A stretch of 64,000 nt of DNA from Rhynchobatus australiae (lineage: Eukaryota), in contig JAUZTB010000002.1 in the NCBI GenBank assembly GCA_034780895.1, positions 39,440,683-39,504,682 on the forward strand, in the 5' to 3' direction. The notes beneath the pieces are model-generated. The model did no database searches and had not been told where the DNA came from. It saw only the letters and a list, made by a program, of their open reading frames with translations. Positions 54,334-64,000 of the stretch are shown here, piece after piece. The stretch's first letter is position 1, and each line of letters starts with the position of its first letter. A program made the translations under genes and the position numbers.

Positions 54334-56089
54334 NNNNNNNNNNNNNNNNNNNNNNNNNNNNNNNNNNNNNNNNNNNNNNNNNNNNNNNNNNNNNNNNNNN
54401 NNNNNNNNNNNNNNNNNNNNNNNNNNNNNNNNNAAATTACAGATCAGTAAAGATCTCAAATGATGGAACAGCTGTCGCCAAATGACCTCTTCCTGCTTCT
54501 ATACCCTGACACTGTTCCGCAGTCAACCTATAAGTATCGCTGGGACAGGGATGTGTGATGGGACACCACAGAGTCTAGGAACTAGGTGTAGGCTATTTAG
54601 CTCCTCAAACCAAAGAAGATCTTGCCTGATCCATCAATTCAAATCCATTTCCTCATCCAGTTTCTCTTGGTTCCCTCAGCGTTCAGGAGTTTATCAAGCT
54701 GATTTAGAAAAGCAGATTATTTAAATGGTGTTAGATAATTACTTGTATCCTTTAAGAGTAAAGATTGAGTAGTTGGAACTTTTCAACTGAACCCCAATCT
54801 TTCTGGGAGCAAAGTTCTGAGGGGTAGGGGAGCTCTCCCTGGGCGTAGAAGACATAACATCATTGCATCAAACCAAAATTCTGAAGAGGCTTTACAGAAT
54901 AGATATTGTAAGCACATTCCTCAAGGGGAAGTAATCTGGAACTCGAGACATGGTCTCAGGATATGGAGTCACCCACTTAAGGCAGAAATGAGGAGTTTCT
55001 TCTCAAAAGTTTATAATATTATAACCACAGACAGCAGTGGCACCCAACATATTAAGGCTGCAACTGATTCTTGGACTCATTATCAGCGTTACATGGGACA
55101 GAGATCAGGAAGTTGGGGTGTGCTGGAGTTTGAGGCCAAAGCTCAGTTCAACCACAATGTAATTCGATAGTGGAAGGTTTGAAGAGCTGTATGGCTGACT
55201 CCTGTCCCCATTGAGTAGATCAGATTCTTACCAGTGAGAAACATGTTCATGCATAGCAGCAGCAGCAGCAGGGTGAAATACCTCATAGGAGAGACACCTT
55301 GGACCTGAAACGAAAGCAGCAAAGGACATCTTGTACTTATGGGAACTAATTTATTTTCAAAAAGATAATTTCAAATTTATTGCTCATGGTATAAACATTC
55401 CATTTAAGTTCAAGTTTATTGTTAAAGGCAATTGTCATTGTTTAAGTTTATACACAGGGTATAAATGCCATGAAATTACCTTTTGCAGCAGCAGCACAGT
55501 ACATTACAAACATGACATACATAAGTTAACATAAGTTACCCATAACTTACACGACAAAATAAACATAATGACACTCGGGCAAGTTGAGAGAGAGAGAAAA
55601 AGAAATCTAGTCTGAGTTAGTGTCAGGGTTTTTCAGGTGGGTTCAAGAACCTGACAGCAGGGGGGAAGCTGTTGTTGAACCTTTAGGTCTTCAGGCTCCT
55701 GCACCTCCTGCCTGATGGCAACATCGAGAAGGCATGGCCTGGATGGTGGGGGGTCTAGATTACCTCTGAATGACACCAATATAATTTCCCCTCACATAGA
55801 CCCACAGTCTAAACAGCCTACATGGTTTAATTTCACGGTGGGAGGACCTTAAACTGTGACCTTTCTCCATAAAACCTTTGAGGTAGGTGGACTGGGCGTC
55901 CCTCAGAACATGGTTCTGGTCCTTGGAATGTGCTGTCGGTAGCATTCAGTTGTGGACAGCTACTTGCAGTGGAAGACCAGCCGGTTTAGAACAGCGAACA
56001 ATGCGGCACCCACCACATGGTAATTCTATCTGCCTTGACCATCTTCTCTGGCAGATCATTCCAGGTACAGGTCCTCCCTGGGTTACGTC

Positions 56090-56836
56090 TATTACGTACC
56101 AGCAACAACAAAAACACAGACATGTATAAGTGTTAAAACCTACTTTATTAATAACTACTTATGATAATAAGTGAAATAAAACTAAAAATGTTAGAATGTT
56201 ATAAGTAATAATATAGAAGTTAAATCCTGAACATTAACTCCCAAAACTAACTAAACTTGTCGTGTGTCTGTGGCAAATTCCCAAACTCCACGTCCAGGAA
56301 TAGTTCTTAAAGTTCAGTTCAGCATTCCACTAGGTGAAACATGAGTAAAGGCTTCTTCAACAACCACCGTTGTCTGGAGATAAAACGTAGATGCAGAGAT
56401 AATTGAGAGTATCGTGGCTGTCCACACCAACTACCTGTTTCCTTCGACAGGTCAACAACCAAGCGAACTCCACTTCTTCATCTCGACGTGTCTGCCACAC
56501 CCTAGAGCATCCGTGCCGTGGCCGTCCACACCAACTACCTGTTTTCCTCCACAGGTTACTGACAAAGTGAACTCCACCGGATTACTCTCAACAATCTATA
56601 CGTGGATTGCAGTGACAGTCACAATTATTGTTTCTCCTCCATCGACAGAGAAAACAAGCAGGCTGGTGTCTCTCTCTCTCTCTCGTTCTTCTGTCTCTCT
56701 CCCTCCTTCAGACTGACTCTGACTGGTTGCTTCAACAACGTCATGACGTTCTTTATCTTCTGTTGACGTAAGCACGCCACACACGCACACACACTATCTT
56801 ATAGGAACCTCACTAATTGTAACCTAGTCTGTAACA
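56090..56836 (-). mobile_element. Full-length LTR (about 747 bp) of the Gmr1-like family, with no adjacent PBS
   Basis: t(a)ttacgtaccagcaac...gtaaca; colinear with 20157-20820; minus-strand AATAAA at 56144-56149. Confidence 0.85.
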
Positions 56837-57214
56837 ACTGGGTAAGATAAAGCTGGCATTAATGCTCAGGAAATAAGAGCAGCTTGGTTCCACATTAAAA
56901 AGAACAACAAAGGCAATGACCTCCAGATTATTTTTTGGGCCATGTACAATTAAGCATATGGTAAACTATATCAGGTTCAAAGACTACTATGGGAGAAATG
57001 GGTTTTAATTCAAGGGGGACTGGGACTAGCAGTGGGGAAAGAGTAAGCTGTACTATTGGTATCAGCTTCACTTGCATCAAACTGGGATCACCACCTACCA
57101 AATCAAATAACTGGAGCTGCAAATTCAACCTTAAATAGTGGAGGGAAATTGGAGAAACTTTAGAACCTTTGAAAATAAGGCCATCAATTTATTGAGCCTG
57201 CTACATCATTCAAA

Positions 57215-57900
57215 ATCATAGATATCTTATCCTAATCCCACCACGACTTTCTGCTCTCCATGCACCCCTCAACTCTTGTAGTTCAAATATCAATCCATCT
57301 CCACCTTTGATATATGCAATGATTCCACCTCCATAAGTCTTAAAGAAATTCCCCCTCACCTCCATTTTAAATGGGCAATGACGTATCCTGAAACTGTGAA
57401 CCCTAGATACTCTCCCTAGCAGAATGACCTCCAATCATCCATTCTGTTGATTGCTCTCAGAATCTTGTTTCATTATCATTTCATTCTTATAAATGCCAAT
57501 GAGAACAGGCCCAACCCACCTTCATCACAGGAATCAATCTTAGGAACTTTCTGTGCACCGATTCCCAAAGCAAGTACATCTTTAAATACGGGGAACAAAG
57601 CTACATATAACTAAATACTACGCCAACTACAGGATCCTGTAATGATGCACCAAAAAAACTTTCCTACTTTTATACTCCATATCCCATGTCAAAGGCCAAC
57701 AGTCCATTCAGCCTCCTAATTACTTGCTGTATCTGCATACTACCCCTTTGTTTCATACACCAGGACATTCAGATCCCTTGGTACTACAACAAAATATCAC
57801 TTCAGTTCAATAATAATTTGCTCTTTTCATCCTTCCAAAGTAGATAACATTACATTCCCATTTTATATTCCATCTCCCAACTTCCTGTCCACTCACTTAA
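57215..57900 (-). mobile_element. Decayed CR1 3' fragment
   Basis: RVHSFRIRHCPFKMEVRGNFF-type C-terminus. Confidence 0.6.
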
Positions 57901-58199
57901 GCTATACACCATTGCAGGCTCTATAACCTGGCACTGTCAGGAAGAGCAATGGACGCATAGGTAAAAGTATACCTCCTATTATAGTCGGAATACAGGAAAA
58001 TAGTAAAAAAGAAGTTACAGGCTCTTTATCCAAATACATGCAACATTCATAACAAAATATATAAATGGCATAAAAGCATAAAATCTTTGTGGTTGCAAAG
58101 TGACCAAGTTTGGGAATTAAACATTCCAAAATATTTCTCTTATGAGAAAATACACAAAATGGAAAAGGAGGCAAGTAGCTGTAAAGGAATAGGATCAAG

Positions 58200-59130
58200 G
58201 TGGAGAGAACACAATATTGAGGGATTTAGAATAAATTAACAGATAGGAAATGGTAGAAATAAATGGAAACTTGCAACCATTAGGATGCCACAGGAAATTA
58301 GTGCTGAGGCCCCAGCTGTTAACAACCTATTTCAATGATTTTCATGAGAACATCAAGGGTAATGTATTTACTGATGATGCAAAGATAAATGGCAGAGTTT
58401 GATGCGAGATGCTTTGTGCATATAAACTGGTTAAGTGAATAGGTATGTGCCTGGCAGAAGAATCAGCGTACAACAAAAGCAAGTTCATCCTCTTTGGTAG
58501 AGAACAAAAGAAGTTTAAATAGTGAAATGCAGAAAGATGCTGGTTTTCAGAGGGACCTGAGTGTCCTTATACATAAATCTTTGAAAGTTAGCATACATGG
58601 ATGACAAGCAATGAAGAAGTTAAACAATGTATTGGCTTTTACTGCATGATGATATCTTGTTCCAATTATAGAGTTCTAGCGAGATCACCATCGAAGGAAC
58701 AATATGCTTGCAAAAGAGGTACCAGACTAATTCTTAGCATGATAGATTTGTTGTTATGTTACATAAACATGGAAAAATGAGAGAAGATCTCATAAAAATA
58801 CAAATTCTTACAAAGCCTGATAGGATAGATGAAGAGTTGATATCTATTCTCAATAGGGTGTCTAGAACAATGGATTAGTCCCAAAATAAGAGGTCTGCCA
58901 TATAGGACTGAGAGCAAGTTTCTTAACCTAGAGAGTAGCAAATTTTTGGTATTCTCTATCCAAGAAGTTGTGGAGGCTCAGTGACAAGAGATTAGCAGAA
59001 TTTTCTGTATTATGAGCATCAATGGATATGGGGTAAGTGCAGTCAAATGCTAAGACAAAAGATCAGCCAGAATCTTACTGAGTGGCAAAAAAGGCACAAT
59101 GGGCTGAAATTTATCTTAATGCTGTCTTTG
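58200..59130 (+). mobile_element. Decayed CR1 RT/3' fragment
   Basis: cagagggacctgagtgtcctt (QRDL..L); aaaataagaggtctgccatataggactgag; tail atgggctgaa. Confidence 0.6.
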
Positions 59131-59518
59131 TTAAAACAGGCAGTATTCTTAAGCCCCCAATTCATCAGAAGAAAATATTTAGCCCACTATTCATTATCAA
59201 TGGTCTATGTTCTGGCTTCAGCTGTTCTGTCCTCAGCCTCCCTTCAAAAACTATCTTCAATAAAATTAACTTTTTAAAATTAAAATGTTTAGTTTCCTCA
59301 AAAATACTATCCTAGCATCCTTAGCAATGTCTAGACAGATTTCCAGTTCTTTACATTACTAGCATTTTGTCTTTTCATTTAATAAGTTTTAGTACTTTCC
59401 CAATCATAACATTTTCGGGTCTTAATGCTATCGACAGCAGTGACCGAATCTCATCCAGATTATCTGCGCACGTTTCTGTAATTTAGATCTGCGCAGTCTT
59501 GAACTTTTATCAATTTAC

Positions 59519-59570
59519 CGTCCATGTACATCCGTCATGAAAGGTGACAACTGCGTGGTAACGTGGACGA
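59519..59570 (-). CDS. KPNA5: Candidate 52-nt KPNA5 5' exon supplying an N-terminal (MY)MD-D extension
   Basis: ttttgtttttgactag|...ATG TAC ATG GAC G|gtaaat; phase 1 joins exon-2 AC ATG to give MDDMASP, compare recalled human MDAMASP. Confidence 0.5.
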
Positions 59571-60168
59571 CTAGTCAAAAACAAAATTGGGTCACTAGAC
59601 CTCAAAAAGGGAAGAGGAAGGACGCTGAAAAGGGGTGAAATACCCCACAGCCCCAACCAAAGGCCAGGACGGTGGATTATCAGCGCCGACGGGAGGCCGC
59701 AACAGTGACCACACCCAGAACTCCAACACCAGCCCTCCACTTCAAACCCCCATTCATCCACCGCAGGTACACCGACCCTCCCTGCCCGAGCAGACTCCAG
59801 ACCAGAGCAGGAAAGCGGCAGATCGCCGCACTACACACACACGCGTACCAAGCCCATATTTGCGCAGTTCCAGCACCACCCGGTGAACCCCCTCCCCCAG
59901 ACCCACCACCTAACACACACACGGAATGGGAAGGCTGTCAGAGGAGAATCCCCTGTCTCCTCCCTCCCCTCCCCAGAGTCCGCGCAGTACGAGGCCCAAG
60001 CCCGGCCGGGCGGCCCCGATCCGTTCCCCGAGAGGCCTAACGCACTAGGCCGCCCGGCGGCTCCCTCCGCACGACACCCGGCTCTCGCTTTCAGTGAGAG
60101 GCGGAGACGCGAGCCAGTAGAGAGCAGGCGGTGCTACACGCAGCGCGGTAGCGGAGAGCAGCCCCCAC

Positions 60169-60270
60169 CTGAAATCTGCAGCGCTCGGCTGTCAGTTACT
60201 ACGAGCGGACAAAATGGCGCAGGCGGCAGCGGCGGGCCGGCAGTTAACCTCACTCTCCCATCAGGCGCCT
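60169..60270 (-). other. KPNA5: Candidate non-coding first exon of KPNA5 (5' end uncertain)
   Basis: Minus-strand donor TTTCAG|gtgggg at 60169/60168, with the YY1 motif CGCCATTTT just upstream inside the island. Confidence 0.5.
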
Positions 60271-63200
60271 CGCCGCCCTCCCCTCCACGCCTGCGCGCCG
60301 CCTCACGCAAAAATTCTGTCAACTTGCTTAACATTTAAAAAATATATTTTCCCCTGCTTCTGTACATGAGGAACAGAATGGGTACAGTTAACGCAATCTG
60401 AATTATCGTACGCTACGTGGTACCTTTTGTTGTAATAAAATAATTCCGATTTAAAAGAATATATCGGAAGTGGTGGCGGTTTTGGGGGGTCATTTTGGTT
60501 GTAACACAGATGGGAATAAGCTCTATCACCAAACGGGACGGCCATTGTACGCATGCGCGCTGGAGGTAGTGGGGGGTGAGTGAACAGGATTAAACACCGG
60601 AAGCAATGTACATCATGGGAATCGGGGAGGTGGAGTGGACTGTTGTTCAAGATTTGCTGTGGTAGTTCTGCCCCCTACATGGATTCTTTAGGTGAATGGT
60701 GGAGCATAGCGATAGATGTAAATCTTTGAGCTCACGAAGCTTCTGCTGTGGTACTGAAACGGCGGTTACTGGTGGTGAGCTCACTCTCTTCTGATCCCCT
60801 CTCCCAATCCCACTTTCTGCGAGATCGACCTTCCAGTGTACGATCCTTTCCTCTTGAAATTGTAAACTCGGACGGAGCAACATGGAGGGGTGTAATGAAA
60901 GACTAATCGACCTTTTATAGGTGGATGGTGTGAATTTCTGTAAATGAAAATGAAAGTAAAAATGCTGGGAATGGAAGATCCGTCGTCAGAACTGGGACGG
61001 AGAGAAACAAAGTTAGTTTCAAGTTCCAGAGAGGATGGGGGAGGGGTGGAAAGGAAAAAGGGAGAGATTGGGTAGGGTGGGCTTGTTTCTCCTGGAGTGA
61101 AGGAGGCTGAGAGATGACCTGATGGGGCTATATAAAATTATAAGAAGCATAGCTAGGGTAGATAGTCAGAATCTTTTTCGCATGGTAGGGATATAAAGAG
61201 CAGGGAGCATTGTTCTCTAGTGGAGATTGCTGTTAATGAAGCCATCTAATAGGTTAATGGCGGCAGTCAGAAAGGGGAAGGAAGCGGCAGGTGAATGGGG
61301 GAAGTTGGAAAAGGGAGAATAAGAGAAAGCAAAACGTCCTGTAAAACCTGTGAAATGCAGGTCAGAACAGTAGGAAATGAAGAATAGGTCAGACGGTGTT
61401 GGTGGACAGAAGAACTGAGTTAATGATACAAAAGAATAACCTATAGCAAAACTGCAAACAGAAGAAGTTGATGACAATGAAAGTTGGTGGTTATGTGGAT
61501 AGCAAGCAAGATTCTCAAAGTCTACGCCAGGATATAGATTAAAAGGAAAATTGGATGGAGCTATAGCAGAGGGAACAGTTCTGACAGGTGCAAGGTGATG
61601 CATTTTGGAGAATCAAATAGGGGATGGGACATGTGCGGTAATTGGTCAGGGAGGGTTTTGAACCCTGTGCCCAGCTCTTAACATGGAGAACCAGGACGCC
61701 TATTTTGTCTGTCCCTCCTCCTCTGATCAATCTAGCATGGTTGAACTTGGCAGGAGTAAAAGCCAGCACAGACTCTGGGGATCACTTGAGCATGTAAGCT
61801 ATCCTGCCACAGCTCAAAGATTGTGAGAGGGCCAAAATTTAATGAGGGTGGACACATTTTGCAAGTAAGAGAAGTGGAAGCATACACACTCTAATAATAG
61901 TGTTATCAGTGGTGAAGTTGATGATAGTACTTGATGAATGTAATGTTTAATGTATCCATGCCATGCAGTGTAAAAAATAACAAAGCTAATATTAGATAAT
62001 GAAAGGAATTCCAAGGAAGTCAACACCAAATTGTTATATTTTTGAGCAGTTTGATCTGATTAATTTGGAGCCTGGAAGCTAAACCTACAAAGCCAATATA
62101 CTTCAGTGTACTTGTTATGTGACTGGCATACTTATTGTGTGATGCTCTTAAATTGCTCCAATGCTTCATCGTAGTTTACAAATTCAAAATGTNNNNNNNN
62201 NNNNNNNNNNNNNNNNNNNNNNNNNNNNNNNNNNNNNNNNNNNNNNNNNNNNNNNNNNNNNNNNNNNNNNNNNNNNNNNNNNNNNNNNNNNNNNNNNNNN
62301 NNNNNNNNNNNNNNNNNNNNNNNNNNNNNNNNNNNNNNNNNNNNNNNNNNNNNNNNNNNNNNNNNNNNNNNNNNNNNNNNNNNNNNNNNNNNNNNNNNNN
62401 NNNNNNNNNNNNNNNNNNNNNNNNNNNNNNNNNNNNNNNNNNNNNNNNNNNNNNNNNNNNNNNNNNNNNNNNNNNNNNNNNNNNNNNNNNNNNNNNNNNN
62501 NNNNNNNNNNNNNNNNNNNNNNNNNNNNNNNNNNNNNNNNNNNNNNNNNNNNNNNNNNNNNNNNNNNNNNNNNNNNNNNNNNNNNNNNNNNNNNNNNNNN
62601 NNNNNNNNNNNNNNNNNNNNNNNNNNNNNNNNNNNNNNNNNNNNNNNNNNNNNNNNNNNNNCACACTAATTTCCTAGCAGAAAGTTATAATTGTTTCTGG
62701 TTCTTAAGTTATTTTATGTTGAAAATTCAAATCTAGATTATATTTCTGGAATATGTTTTCTGTACTATAATATTTGTATACCCACATTCTTTCTTGGTGT
62801 ACATAATTTAAAAAAAAATGATTGTCAGATTTTGAAAATCTATTCTACAGTCTTATTGTTCCCAACTTTTTAATCCTGTCCTTAAAATGATAACTTGACA
62901 GACTTTCTGTATTTCTGTCGCTCGTCTGTGCAGGGTCAGACTACAAGTGTATAAATGCTTTGCTCTACATAACCCCATGCAAAAGGATGATGAGATGATA
63001 TTATTTCCAGAGATTAATTCTATATTAAAAATTGATTTTAAATAGATATTTGCAGGTGGGGTGGGTGGATTCGAAGGGTGGCAGCAGACATGGGGTGGTT
63101 GGGATTCTGTTTATTGAGCACTCCTGTGATGAGCTGTATCAATTTCAGCTGAAACCTCTCTCTTCTAATTCTGATTAAGGGGCATTGACCTCAAACATTT

Positions 63201-63339
63201 ACTTTGTTTCTCTCTGAAGGGAGGTCTGACATATGCTGATAACTCCCCTTTAACCTCCTTTTGTCATTAACCTTTGCTCGGGGATAACTTACCATAGTCA
63301 ATTAATCTACTAGCACATCCTTGCGATGCTGGAGGAAAC

Positions 63340-63445
63340 TGTAAGATACCCCCGGAATGTGCCATCAGCACCTGAGATCAAGATCAAAACCAGATCACTG
63401 AAGCTATGAGGCAGCAGTAGTAACTGTTGCACCATTGTGCCTCCC
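63340..63445 (-). mobile_element. HE1-like tRNA-derived SINE head
   Basis: Minus strand ggcacaatggtgcaacagttactactgctgcctcatagcttcagtgatctggttttgatcttgatctcaggtgctg. Confidence 0.65.
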
Positions 63446-64000
63446 TGACTTGCTGAATATTTCCAGCACTTAGAGCAGGTACAGTTTTTCACTGTATCTC
63501 GGTACAAGTGACAATAATATACCAATACCACTTTATTATTTCCATTTTCTTCTTCACTGGGAAACTTGGGATGAGAAATTAATACAGATCTGCCAACGTT
63601 ATCTGCATCTTAGGTGACATGCACTGCGCTTTAGAAAGTCTGTCTGATCATTACAAAACTAAGAAGAATTGTATTTTAAGAATCAAAATCATGGTATTGT
63701 TGTGAATGAGACCGAATGATACTGGAGAAATAGTTATGCCTTTTTTCAGTATCATTGTGAGCAATTGCAAAGGAGATCAAATACTAGGTATATCATATTG
63801 CTTTGACACACTGACGATGATTTGCAGCCCAGGGGATGAACTGAATACTCTGTTGGGATGGGCTGAATACTCTGTTAGGATGTGGCTGGTGTACAGGTTG
63901 CTCTCTGGACGTTTCATTGACTCATACCCGTCTTTAAGATAAAGAACTTCTAATGTTATTTCTCCTGTTTGAATTTGCACAAACCTAATTGATTGCATTC

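Larger units (their letters stand above)
59450..60620. promoter_or_regulatory. CpG-island promoter of KPNA5, probably bidirectional
   Basis: Only extended CpG-rich region in the window; YY1 AAAATGGCG at 60211-60219; ETS CGGAAGTG at 60465-60472 and CCGGAAG at 60597-60603; NRF1-like CGCATGCGCG at 60550-60559. Confidence 0.8.

Noticed and set aside
59510-60338. Several overlapping Pro/Arg/Gly-rich ORFs of 66-151 aa
   Set aside because: Expected from stop-codon scarcity in a GC-rich island; no recognisable domain

Overview
Eukaryotic, repeat-rich vertebrate DNA, most likely from a cartilaginous fish (HE1-like and SacSINE/Deu-like SINEs, shark-type CR1 and Penelope remnants), from a draft assembly with N gaps. 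The main gene is a complete importin-alpha, best matching KPNA5, on the minus strand. Its 13 coding exons from 51926 to 28765 all have GT-AG boundaries and consistent phases, giving 1614 nt or 537 aa from the exon-2 ATG. Candidate 5' exons lie in a CpG island at about 59.5-60.6 kb. The last two coding exons of FAM162B lie convergently on the plus strand (21846-21954 and 22512-22628); its upstream exons were not found. The island carries YY1, ETS and NRF1 motifs and plus-strand splice donors, suggesting a divergent transcript (ZUP1 in human synteny), but no coding exon for it is seen. The rest is decayed LINEs, SINEs, Penelope fragments, a Tigger-like element and several LTR elements. I found no clearly new biological system. 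The most unusual signals are: a SCAN-type Gypsy remnant whose primer-binding site matches 38 nt of tRNA-Pro rather than about 18; an LTR-bounded block of non-retroviral DNA splitting a CR1 ORF1; a young CpG-rich solo LTR in a KPNA5 intron; and a candidate multi-ATG 5' exon of KPNA5. Protein and repeat family calls come from recalled sequences, not database searches. Repeat boundaries are approximate unless termini are quoted.
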